64,000 nt of DNA, from the NCBI GenBank assembly GCA_031376505.1, contig JANMDX010000017.1, positions 49,172 through 113,171 on the forward strand, in the 5' to 3' direction. The position numbers were made by a program, and so were the translations under genes. The stretch is from Acidobacteriota bacterium. Lineage in GTDB: Bacteria > Acidobacteriota > Vicinamibacteria > Vicinamibacterales > UBA2999. Below, piece after piece: positions 6,461 through 14,927 of this stretch (its first letter is position 1; the number at the start of each line of letters is the position of its first letter). The notes beneath the pieces were generated by a model that ran no database searches, was not told where the DNA came from, and saw nothing but the letters and a program-made list of their open reading frames with translations.

Positions 6461-9409
6461 TTGCCCGACCACAACCGAACACAGTGCAGCGCAGGCTGGC
6501 TCCTCACGTGCCTGCTCGCGCTGGTGCCGGCACTGGCGTCGGGCCAGGCCCCGCCCTTGGCGAGCCTGGGTTTCCACGAATCCCTGGACGGCGACCCGGT
6601 GCTGCATTCGGCCCTCGCCCTGATCAAGGCTGGCACGCTGCGCACGCCGTTCACGGTCGTGATCGCCGTGCCCCGTAGCGCTGTCGAGCCGCAACCGGGC
6701 ATCTTCGAGTTCGCGGCGCTGGATCGACGGATAGGCCTCTACCGCACCACCGAAGGCGCCGAGATTCTGTTGGATTTGCGGGCGAGTGACGCCGACGTCG
6801 CCGCCGTGACCGCCTGGGGCCGATACGTGCGCGAAGTGGCGACGCGCTATGGGGCGTCAGTGCGCGGCTACGTGATCCGCGCCGATGCGGCGGTCGGTGG
6901 CCCGCGCGATGCCGGCTTCGTCTTGAAATCGGCGGCGGTCAACGTCAAGGCCGTCGACGCCGACGCTCTGGTGATGTTTGGCGCCTTCGCGGCTACCGAC
7001 GAGGCCCAGCTGGTCGCCCTCTTCGACGACGACCTTGGCGCCTATGCCGATGCGTTCGGGCTGACCGCGGACGCCGTCGCGGCCGGCCTGCCGGCGGTGA
7101 TCGACCGACGTGACCCGACTGCCACCGTCGTGCTGCTCGACGAGCCGCTCGGCGCAGAGAGTCCCGCGGCCGCTGCCCGCCTGCTGAGCCGCCATGTCGA
7201 TCTGCTCGGCACGCGCGTGTCCGGCGCGGTCTACGCGGCGTCTGCCGTCGTGGCCGCCGGCGCGCTGGCGCCGGTCGCGCCACTCAGCTACCTCTTCTCG
7301 CAACCAGTCACGTCGCTCGATCTGCAGGCCCTGCACGTGACGATCCTGCGTAATGGGCAAGACGTCACGCCCTTGGTGCGCCATCGCCTGCTCTTCGGAC
7401 TGAAGACCGGCGCGAGCTACTTCGTCTACTCCGCCAGCGAGGGTCCGCTCGAACTTCGGCTCACTGAACGCACGGGCACGCGGCCGGTCATCGCCGACGG
7501 CCTGCGTGGCACGCGGCAGCCCGTGACCACGTTCGCCTACGACGCCGGCAGCGCCACGGCCCGCGTCGGGCTCCCGGCCGCGGCGACGCCGCTCGTGGTC
7601 GACTGGAGCGACGGTACCGATTCGGTGCTGCTCGACAACCAGGAGGTGTCGTCGACCCGGTTGCCGAGCGTCGGCGAAATCGTGGCACGCAATCAGCAGT
7701 CGCAGACGGCGCAAGACGAGGTGCTGCGTAACTACGTCGCCAATGCCCTGATGGAGCAGAGTTTTCGCACGACGGCCGCCGATCCCGGCTTTGACGTCGT
7801 GACCGAGAACCGGTTCTTCGTCGAGGGCAAGTCGGTCGAGTGGGAAGAGCGGAGCTTCCGCCTGAACGGCACGAAGTGGGGCGCCAACCGTCCACCGTTC
7901 CCGCTGCTGCAGGCCGAAAAGGTGCTGTCGCTGCCGCTTGATCTGCGGCTGAGCACCGACTACCGCTACCGCCTCGACGGGGTCGAAGACGTCGACGGCC
8001 AGCCGGCCTTCGTGCTGCGCTTCGACCCGATTGACGCCTCGCGGTCGCTCTATCGCGGCAGCGTCTGGATCGACCGCACCACATTCCTGCGCGTGAAGGT
8101 GCAAACCGTTCAGACCCGGCTCTCTTCGCCCGTGCTCTCGAGCGAAGAGATTCAGTACTTCGGCACGGCCGGCGTCATCGGCGGACGGAACATCCAGCTC
8201 CTCACGAGACTGGTGGCGCGCCAGACCATGCTCGTGGCCGGTCGCAGTCTCGGAGTCGAGCGCGAGATCCGCTTCGACGGCTTCCAGCTCAATGCGCCGG
8301 AGTTCGACACGATGCGCCAGGCGTCGCGGACCAGCGACAACGTGATGTACCGCGACACCGAGCAAGGCCTGCGCTATCTCGTCAAGAAGGACGGAGCGCG
8401 CGTGGTCGCGGACACCACGACCACCTCGGCCAAAGCACTCGCGCTCGGTGTGACCTACGACCCGTCGTTCGACTTCCCCATCCCCCTCGGCGGCATCAAC
8501 TACCTCGACTTCGACTTTCTGGGCAAGGACAGCCAGCTCGCGGTGATCTTCGGAGGCGTGCTCGCACTCGTCAACGTCCAGCATCCAAAGCTGATCGGCG
8601 ATCGCATCGACGCCAGCCTGGATCTCTTCGCCATCGCCGTCCGCGGCAACGACCGCACCTACGGCGACGGCGGCGAACGCCCCGGCGAGCGCCTGGTGTC
8701 ATTGCCCTTCTCGACTGGACTCAATGTCGGCTGGCAAATGACGCAGTTCCAGCGCCTGTCGGCGAACTACCAGTTCCGCTTCGACCATTTCAGCAAGGAC
8801 GAACTGACCGCGGCGACGTTTGTCGCGCCAGACTCTACCGCCACGAGCGGCGTGGGGTTGATCTGGGACTGGAAGCGCGCGGGCTATTCGCTGGTTGCGG
8901 GCGCCACCGGCTACCTGCGGGCCTCGTGGCGGCCGTGGGGCGATCCTTCCGAGTTCGAGCCGTCACAACGCGACTACGTGAAGTATTCGGCGAGCCTGAC
9001 CAAGGACTTCCTCTTCGGCATTCACAAAGTGCACTTGAACACCGCCTACTACGGCGGGCGCGATCTGGATCGTTTCAGCAAGTACCAGTTCGGGTTCTTC
9101 GATGACAACCGCATCCACGGCGTGCCGGCCTCCGGCGTGCGCTTCGCCGACCTCGGCATGTTTCGCGGCTCTTATTCGTTCAACCTGTTCGAGCAGTACC
9201 GCCTCGACCTGTTCATCGATCAGGCGATCGGCCGCGACCGCGCAGTCGCCCAGACCTGGCAGTCGGTCACGGGCCTGGGCCTGGGTTTCAATATGCGTGG
9301 CCCCCGCGGCACGCTGCTGCGCGGCGATTTCGGCAAGAGCTTCCTGCCGTCCCGGTACCGAGAGCCGGGTTCGGTTGTGTTCCAGGTGCAGGTCTTGAGG
9401 CCGCTGTGA
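6461..9409 (+). CDS. Large secreted/outer-membrane protein: N-terminal domain of unknown function, central LolA-like module, C-terminal Omp85/surface-antigen-like beta-barrel
   Basis: 982 aa. TTG start preceded by GGAG. Signal-peptide-like N terminus LLTCLLALVPALASGQA. Central block VDGQPAFVLRFDPIDASRSLYRGSVWIDRTTFLRVKVQTVQ fits the LolA-like lipoprotein-sorting pattern. The last roughly 300 aa show alternating-hydrophobic strands with Gly/aromatic turns (GGINYLDFDFLGKDSQLAVIFGG, FRGSYSFNLFEQYRLDLFIDQ). Domain calls are by eye only. Confidence 0.6.
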   Translation: MPDHNRTQCSAGWLLTCLLALVPALASGQAPPLASLGFHESLDGDPVLHSALALIKAGTLRTPFTVVIAVPRSAVEPQPGIFEFAALDRRIGLYRTTEGAEILLDLRASDADVAAVTAWGRYVREVATRYGASVRGYVIRADAAVGGPRDAGFVLKSAAVNVKAVDADALVMFGAFAATDEAQLVALFDDDLGAYADAFGLTADAVAAGLPAVIDRRDPTATVVLLDEPLGAESPAAAARLLSRHVDLLGTRVSGAVYAASAVVAAGALAPVAPLSYLFSQPVTSLDLQALHVTILRNGQDVTPLVRHRLLFGLKTGASYFVYSASEGPLELRLTERTGTRPVIADGLRGTRQPVTTFAYDAGSATARVGLPAAATPLVVDWSDGTDSVLLDNQEVSSTRLPSVGEIVARNQQSQTAQDEVLRNYVANALMEQSFRTTAADPGFDVVTENRFFVEGKSVEWEERSFRLNGTKWGANRPPFPLLQAEKVLSLPLDLRLSTDYRYRLDGVEDVDGQPAFVLRFDPIDASRSLYRGSVWIDRTTFLRVKVQTVQTRLSSPVLSSEEIQYFGTAGVIGGRNIQLLTRLVARQTMLVAGRSLGVEREIRFDGFQLNAPEFDTMRQASRTSDNVMYRDTEQGLRYLVKKDGARVVADTTTTSAKALALGVTYDPSFDFPIPLGGINYLDFDFLGKDSQLAVIFGGVLALVNVQHPKLIGDRIDASLDLFAIAVRGNDRTYGDGGERPGERLVSLPFSTGLNVGWQMTQFQRLSANYQFRFDHFSKDELTAATFVAPDSTATSGVGLIWDWKRAGYSLVAGATGYLRASWRPWGDPSEFEPSQRDYVKYSASLTKDFLFGIHKVHLNTAYYGGRDLDRFSKYQFGFFDDNRIHGVPASGVRFADLGMFRGSYSFNLFEQYRLDLFIDQAIGRDRAVAQTWQSVTGLGLGFNMRGPRGTLLRGDFGKSFLPSRYREPGSVVFQVQVLRPL

Positions 9410-10155
9410 AGATCGTGCCGGTTCGCCCCCACCCCACCCTCGCAAGGTACTACGCCACCGACGACGATCGCGCCGGCATGGTGCGGAGCCTGTTCGACTC
9501 CAGCGCACCGCACTACGAGTGGGTGTGCTGGTTCATGTCGATGGGCACGGGCGAGAAATACCGCGCGGACTGCCTGGTGAACGCGGGCCTCACGACCGGC
9601 ATGCGGGTGCTGGACGTGGCCACGGGCACGGGTCTGGTGTTGCGCTCGGCCGCCGCGCTCGTCGGTCCGATCGGCGCCGCCATCGGCCTCGATCCCAGCC
9701 CGGGCATGTTGCGCGAATGCCGGTCGAAGTGCGCCGCGCCGGTGGTGCAGGGACGCGGCGAGCACCTGCCATTCCCGGCCGCGAGTTTCGACATGGTGAG
9801 CATGGGCTACGCCTTGCGCCACGTGTCGGATCTGAGCGTGCTCTTTGCCGAATACATGCGGGTGCTCACGCCGGGTGGTCGAGTCATGATCCTCGAGATC
9901 ACCGAGCCGCGCTCGGCGCCGACCCGCTGGCTCAATCGCTTCTTCCTGCAAACGGTCGTGCCGGGCGTGGCTCAGCTCAGCACCGGCCGGCCCGAGGCGC
10001 GGCGCATGATGGACTACTTCTGGGACACGATCGAGAACTGCGTGCCGCCTGAGACGATCCTGGCGGCACTGCGGGACGCGGGCTTCGACGGCGTCACCCG
10101 CAACGTCAGCGGTGGCGTGCTGAGCCAGTACCTGGCGACCCGCCCCCTCACCTAG
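9406..10155 (+). CDS. UbiE/MenG-like class I SAM-dependent methyltransferase
   Basis: 249 aa. GTGA overlap with the upstream stop. SAM motif RVLDVATGTGLV, and LPFPAASFDMVSMGYALRHV is typical of the UbiE family. Confidence 0.85.
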   Translation: MKIVPVRPHPTLARYYATDDDRAGMVRSLFDSSAPHYEWVCWFMSMGTGEKYRADCLVNAGLTTGMRVLDVATGTGLVLRSAAALVGPIGAAIGLDPSPGMLRECRSKCAAPVVQGRGEHLPFPAASFDMVSMGYALRHVSDLSVLFAEYMRVLTPGGRVMILEITEPRSAPTRWLNRFFLQTVVPGVAQLSTGRPEARRMMDYFWDTIENCVPPETILAALRDAGFDGVTRNVSGGVLSQYLATRPLT

Positions 10156-10913
10156 GCGTCCTTCAGAATCTGGGCGCGCTTGACCTTGTACTCCTCCGGC
10201 GTGATGAGCCCCTTCTTGAGGAGGTCATCGATCTGGCGCAGCCGCTGCTCGATGGATTCCGTCGCGGGCGCGGGCGCCGCTGTTCCAGCCGCGCCATGTG
10301 TCGCGGTGCCGGATCGCCAGGCAGTCTGCAGTGACGCATCGGCGAGCACCTTGGCGAAGGCCTCGCGCAGGGCGTCGCTGAGCACTTCCGAGCAGTTGGC
10401 GCCGCTGCGCGCACGGCCGTAACGACTGGCGGTGCCCACCGAGGCCCCCTCGGCCAGCACGGCGCCCGTGCGGTCGGTCATCGTATAGGCGAAGTGCACC
10501 TGGGCCGTGTAGGTCGATCCCACGGCCTTGTTGCTCTCATCGACGCGGAAGAGGGTCAGCCGCACCTGGAGCTGGCGATTGGCCGCTGAGTCGCGCTGCA
10601 CGCGCTGCGCATCAGCGAGTTGCTTGACCACCTGCTCGACAAACGGCGGTACCTCGATATTGGAGCGAATCGGAAACGGTCGATCGTCGTCGTCCGTGCC
10701 GGCTCCGAGCACGAGCCGATCACTCAGCTCACGGTCGTCGGTGAGGCGCAACCCGATCGGCTCCCCGAGCAGCGACGGCGGCAGGGCCACGGCATTCTCG
10801 CCCCCGCCGCCTTGCGGCGAGAACTTCAGAGTGACGGTCAGACCGGCCTGCGCGGCGGCAGATCCGGCCGCGAGCACGACCGCGAGAACGGCGACGCCGA
10901 GAATCACGCGCAT
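10152..10913 (-). CDS. Secreted protein with C-terminal SHOCT domain
   Basis: Start trimmed to MRVILGVAVLAVVLAAGSAAAQA (type I signal-peptide-like). The C terminus IEQRLRQIDDLLKKGLITPEEYKVKRAQIL matches the SHOCT short oligomerisation motif. The body has no motif I recognise. Confidence 0.55.
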   Translation of the reverse strand: MRVILGVAVLAVVLAAGSAAAQAGLTVTLKFSPQGGGGENAVALPPSLLGEPIGLRLTDDRELSDRLVLGAGTDDDDRPFPIRSNIEVPPFVEQVVKQLADAQRVQRDSAANRQLQVRLTLFRVDESNKAVGSTYTAQVHFAYTMTDRTGAVLAEGASVGTASRYGRARSGANCSEVLSDALREAFAKVLADASLQTAWRSGTATHGAAGTAAPAPATESIEQRLRQIDDLLKKGLITPEEYKVKRAQILKDA

Positions 10914-10966
10914 GTCGAGCCTCCAATCAGGCAGCCCTTGAACTCTAGACGAGTCCCGCCTGCGGC

Positions 10967-11866
10967 TCAATCATCAAGTGCTGTCGGCTCGACGGTCGCC
11001 GCCGGCAGAATGGTCCCGAGCGCGGCGGACCGCAGGCCGTGCTTGGCCATTCGCTCGAGCACGCGCGACAGGGCGTCGAGCACGACGGGGGCACCGGTCG
11101 CGGCGCGCGCCGACCGGCCGTCGTGCAGCAGCAGGATGTCGCCAGTGGCCAGGTTCTTCACGAGTCGCTTGGCCACGAGCTGAGGGTCGCGGGTGACGGT
11201 GTCGAAGCCGCGCCGGGTCCACGAGACCAACGACAGCCCTTCCGCGGTCAGCACCGCAGGGAGCCACGGGTTCTGCATGCCGGCCGGCGCCCGGAAGAAT
11301 CGCGGCGGCGCCGCCCCGGCCGCAGTCAGAGCGACTTGCCCGCCGTGGACCTCGGCGCGTAGCGCCGCCGTCCGCCCCAACGCGAATCCCGCGTGGTGGC
11401 TGAAGGTGTGATTCTCGATGCCGTGGCCGCGCGCGCCAATGGCGGCGATGAGCTCGGGGTGCTGCTGTGCCCGACGCCCGATGCAGAAGAACGTGGCGAC
11501 GGCGCCGGCCTGCTCGAGCAGCGCGAGCACGCGCGGCGTCACGTCGGGATCAGGTCCATCGTCAAAGGTGAGCGCCATCACCCCTGGGCGCGGGCTGGGC
11601 AGCCTGGTGATGTTGGGACCGAGCAAGCGACTTCGCGGCGCCATCCCCGCCGCGGCAATGGCCGCGTGATTGGCGACCAGCGCGCCAAGCGCGAGCGGCC
11701 ACGAGTTGGGCGAGACGGCCAGCGTGACCACCGCGGCCGAATGCACGCCGGCGCTGGCGAGAATCAGCGGCGAGTGGTGCCAGAACCCCGGCCTACCGCG
11801 AACGGTGCGCGTCACGGATCTCCGCCAGCCACTCCGGATCGACCTTGCCACGAGCCGAATAGACAA
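10967..11866 (-). CDS. Membrane-anchored polysaccharide deacetylase (NodB/CE4-type)
   Basis: NodB motifs ALTFDDGPDP, GHGIENHTFSH, and LLLHDG near the C terminus. N-terminal TM segments are present. The listed start overlaps the ligase 3' end by 74 nt; an in-frame GTG at 11815 is an alternative. Confidence 0.8.
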   Translation of the reverse strand: MSIRLVARSIRSGWRRSVTRTVRGRPGFWHHSPLILASAGVHSAAVVTLAVSPNSWPLALGALVANHAAIAAAGMAPRSRLLGPNITRLPSPRPGVMALTFDDGPDPDVTPRVLALLEQAGAVATFFCIGRRAQQHPELIAAIGARGHGIENHTFSHHAGFALGRTAALRAEVHGGQVALTAAGAAPPRFFRAPAGMQNPWLPAVLTAEGLSLVSWTRRGFDTVTRDPQLVAKRLVKNLATGDILLLHDGRSARAATGAPVVLDALSRVLERMAKHGLRSAALGTILPAATVEPTALDD

Positions 11867-13250
11867 TCCGGTCGACGATCAGGATGCTGCGCGGCACCTG
11901 GTGGTCCGCCAGCTTGGTCCGGCACCAGGCGCTGACCGCCTCGTACGACACGCGTCCGGGGGGGGCCGCCACAATCGCACACACGAACTCCTGCGCACCC
12001 GGCGAGCCGACGCCGGTGACCACGACGTCGTCCACCCCGTCGAGATCGCGCACGACCTGCTCTACTTCCAGCGGGTCGACCTTCAGGCCGCGCACGTTGA
12101 TCGCGCGGTTGGCCCGGCCAAGCAGCGCCAGCTCGCCGTGGCGCAGCGCGCCGAGGTCGGCGCTCTCAAAGCGGCCCGCCATCAATCGGGCGTCCGGCGT
12201 TGGTAGATAGCCGTCGCCAACTGCGGGCGACTGCACGATGACCAGCCCGGTGGCGTCGGGCTCGCCGGCGAGCGAGGCGAACGAGAGGAGGACGTCGCGC
12301 ACCGGGGTGCCCACCGTGCCGCGTTCGGCCGCCTCGCCGGTGCGGTCGTAGCAGATGCCGCCACATTCGCTCGATCCGTAGAAGGTATGGATCGGCTGCC
12401 CGTAAGTGCGGCGGAACTGGCTTGCCACTGCGGACGGCAGCGTGGCGCCGGCCGACACCACCAGGCGCACGGTGTCGGCCCAGGGCGGCGGCACGCTCAT
12501 CGCCAGCAGTGCCCGCACGTAGGCCGGCACGGTCGGCACAATCGTCGCTCCGCAGCGCACCGCCGCGTCGAGCGGATCGAACGGCGTCGTGCCCTGGGGT
12601 ACGATCAGCGTCAGGCCGCGCACCAGCGCCGAGAGGGCGAGAGTCGTGAATCCGTAGGAGTGCGAGAACGGCACGGCAGCGAGCAGCCGATCATCGGCCC
12701 GAAAGCCCATGGTGTCGGCCAACGCGGATTCGTCAGCCAGCGCGGAGGTCGACCTCGTGGCGACCCCGCGCGGCGTACCACTGGACCCTGACGTCAACTT
12801 GACGACGGCAATATCGGGCAAATACGCCGGCGCGGTCGCGGCGTCGTGGTGGGCGATCGTGAAGTCGTCCGCCGAGGCCGGCCAGCCCGCCTGGCACTCC
12901 AGCATCGCCACGGCCCCGAGTTCCGCCGCGGTACGTCGCCGGGCCTCCCGAGGGGCATGCGCGTCGAGCAGGAGCGCCGCATGGCCTGCAAGGCGCACCG
13001 CCAGGAAGCCCGCCAGAAATGCGGGACCGTTAGCGGCCGCCAGAGCCACGAGCCGGCCGGACTCCGGCACGACTGCCGCCACTCGCGCCGCCGCACCGGT
13101 GGCCAACTCCGACAGGTCCGCGAAGGTGCACTGCGCCGCAGGCGACACGACCACCGCGTCAGCGGGTCGGTTCCTCACGCTTCGCAGAAATGCGTCGACG
13201 ATCGCGTCGTCGCGGACCGACGGCGGGCGCGGGCTCGAAATAGCTGTCAA
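11793..13250 (-). CDS. AMP-dependent aryl/acyl ligase (adenylate-forming; XanA2/ApeH-like role)
   Basis: AMP-binding motif LTSGSSGTPRGV, YGSSECG, and C-terminal ARGKVD. I place the start at TTG 13250 (LTAISSPRPPSVRDDAIVDAFL...), because the ORF-track start at 13421 would run through the divergent halogenase start. The start remains uncertain. Confidence 0.75.
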   Translation of the reverse strand: MTAISSPRPPSVRDDAIVDAFLRSVRNRPADAVVVSPAAQCTFADLSELATGAAARVAAVVPESGRLVALAAANGPAFLAGFLAVRLAGHAALLLDAHAPREARRRTAAELGAVAMLECQAGWPASADDFTIAHHDAATAPAYLPDIAVVKLTSGSSGTPRGVATRSTSALADESALADTMGFRADDRLLAAVPFSHSYGFTTLALSALVRGLTLIVPQGTTPFDPLDAAVRCGATIVPTVPAYVRALLAMSVPPPWADTVRLVVSAGATLPSAVASQFRRTYGQPIHTFYGSSECGGICYDRTGEAAERGTVGTPVRDVLLSFASLAGEPDATGLVIVQSPAVGDGYLPTPDARLMAGRFESADLGALRHGELALLGRANRAINVRGLKVDPLEVEQVVRDLDGVDDVVVTGVGSPGAQEFVCAIVAAPPGRVSYEAVSAWCRTKLADHQVPRSILIVDRIVYSARGKVDPEWLAEIRDAHRSR

Positions 13251-13286
13251 GAACGGTATACTAACTCGCGCTTCGGCGGTGGACCA
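13251..13286. promoter_or_regulatory. Very short divergent region; candidate promoter TCGAAA-N16-TATACT (-10 at 13257-13262) for the halogenase/PKS operon
   Basis: TATACT lies 24 nt upstream of GTG 13287. GGTGGA lies 3 nt before the start codon as a possible Shine-Dalgarno. The -35-like hexamer lies inside the ligase 5' coding end. Confidence 0.3.
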
Positions 13287-14603
13287 GTGACCCCTCAACC
13301 TTGGGATTTTGACGTCGCGGTCATCGGGGCGGGGCCGGCCGGCTCCTCTGCCGCGACCACTTTGGCCCGTCGCGGCCATCGCGTGCTTGCGCTCGACCGC
13401 GAGTCGTTTCCGCGCTACCACATCGGCGAGTCACAGCTCCCCTGCCTCAACGACCTGCTCGACACACTCGGCGTCACGCCGGCCATCGCCGCTGGCGGAT
13501 TCGTGCCGAAATGGGGCGCCAACTTCACTACGGCCGACGGCAGCGTCGAACGCTACGCCGATTTTTCCCGGGCCGTCGATGTGGCGCAGCCGCAGACCTA
13601 TCAGGTGCGCCGCGAGGAGTTCGACCATCTCCTGCTGCAACACGCGGTCGCGTCCGGCGCCACGGTGAGGCAGGGGTGCCACGCGGACGACGTGGTATTT
13701 GCACCCGACGGCGTCACGCTCACATATTCAGAGGCCGGACGGTCGACCACGGTACGGGTCGGCGGGGTCATCGACGCGTCGGGCCGCTTCGGCTTCCTGA
13801 GCCGCCGGTTCGGCACGCGCGTGCACGACCCGCTGCTGCAGAACATCGCCGTACATCGCCAGTACACCGGGGTACCCCGCGCCAGCGGTCGGCGCGCCGG
13901 TGATATCCGCATGGTGACCCGACCGGATCGGGGCTGGTTCTGGTTCATCCCGATCAGCGACACGGTGATGAGCGTGGGCGCCGTCATTCCCAAGACCATC
14001 TACAACTCCAGATCGCGCGGCACGCCTGACGAGAGCCTGGACGACTTCGTCGGCGAGACGCCGGCGGCCGCCGCGCTGCTGGCCAACGCCGATCCGGTCA
14101 GCCCGGGCCGCTTCGAGGCCGACTACTCGTACCTGCACAGCCAGCACGCGGGTGACCGGTTTCTGATTGTGGGCGACGCGGGCGCCTTCCTTGATCCGAT
14201 CTTCTCGACCGGCGTCTTGCTGGCCATGCAGAGTGGCATCGAGGCCGCCGAAGAGATGAGCGACGGCCTGCGTGCCGGCGACCTGCGGCGCGCGCGCTTC
14301 GGCGCATACGAGACGCGGCTGGTCACGCGCTACAAGTACTTCCGCCGGTTCGCTGCCGGATTCTACGACCCCGCGTTCCGCGACTTGTTCTTCAGCCCGT
14401 CAGCCCGCTTTGGCATGTACGAAGCTGTGCTCTCGGTGATCGCCGGGAACTGGCGGCCGAGTCTGGCCATGCGGCTGCGGCTCGCTTGTTTTTTCCTGTT
14501 GGTTGGGATCCAGCGGTGGCTGCCGATCGCGCCCCGACTCGTGGTCGTGCCCATCCCGCGTCCGGACTCACCGGCCGCATCCACCTTCCCTTCGCAATCG
14601 TGA
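13287..14603 (+). CDS. Flavin-dependent halogenase
   Basis: Start trimmed to the GTG at 13287 (VTPQPWDFDVAVIGAGPAGSSAA, GxGxxG). The halogenase hallmark WxWxIP is present as GWFWFIP. The FAD-contact motif GDAGAFLDPIFSTG is present. Confidence 0.8.
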   Translation: MTPQPWDFDVAVIGAGPAGSSAATTLARRGHRVLALDRESFPRYHIGESQLPCLNDLLDTLGVTPAIAAGGFVPKWGANFTTADGSVERYADFSRAVDVAQPQTYQVRREEFDHLLLQHAVASGATVRQGCHADDVVFAPDGVTLTYSEAGRSTTVRVGGVIDASGRFGFLSRRFGTRVHDPLLQNIAVHRQYTGVPRASGRRAGDIRMVTRPDRGWFWFIPISDTVMSVGAVIPKTIYNSRSRGTPDESLDDFVGETPAAAALLANADPVSPGRFEADYSYLHSQHAGDRFLIVGDAGAFLDPIFSTGVLLAMQSGIEAAEEMSDGLRAGDLRRARFGAYETRLVTRYKYFRRFAAGFYDPAFRDLFFSPSARFGMYEAVLSVIAGNWRPSLAMRLRLACFFLLVGIQRWLPIAPRLVVVPIPRPDSPAASTFPSQS

Positions 14604-14927
14604 GTGCGAATGCCTTCGAGGGCCAATGACATGTTGAACGAGGTGGAACTGCGCCAGGAACTGAAGGCGTTGATCGTGCAGACGCTGCGCTTCGAAGGTC
14701 TGACCGCCGACCGTCTGGCAGACGATACGCCGCTCTTCGGCGAGGGCCTGGGCCTCGACTCGGTCGACGCCCTGGAACTGGTCGTGGCGCTCGAGAAGGC
14801 CTATGGGATCACGATCCGCAGTCACGAGGTCGACAAGTCCGTGTTCACGTCAGTCGACAGCCTGGGAAAGTTCGTGGCCCGCACCCTGGTGGCGGCGAGC
14901 ACTGAGTCGGCCGTGAATGCTCAGTAG
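14604..14927 (+). CDS. Acyl carrier protein
   Basis: The phosphopantetheine site GLGLDSVDALELVVALEKAYG carries the DSxD/A motif. An alternative ATG start lies at 14631. Confidence 0.85.
   Translation: MRMPSRANDMLNEVELRQELKALIVQTLRFEGLTADRLADDTPLFGEGLGLDSVDALELVVALEKAYGITIRSHEVDKSVFTSVDSLGKFVARTLVAASTESAVNAQ

Noticed and set aside
12846-13286. N-terminal 147-aa extension of the halogenase ORF in the track, and the extension of the ligase ORF to 13421
   Set aside because: Both extensions are Arg-rich and would overlap each other on opposite strands. The GxGxxG motif follows directly after GTG 13287, and the ligase N-terminal consensus begins just after TTG 13250. The exact starts remain unverified.
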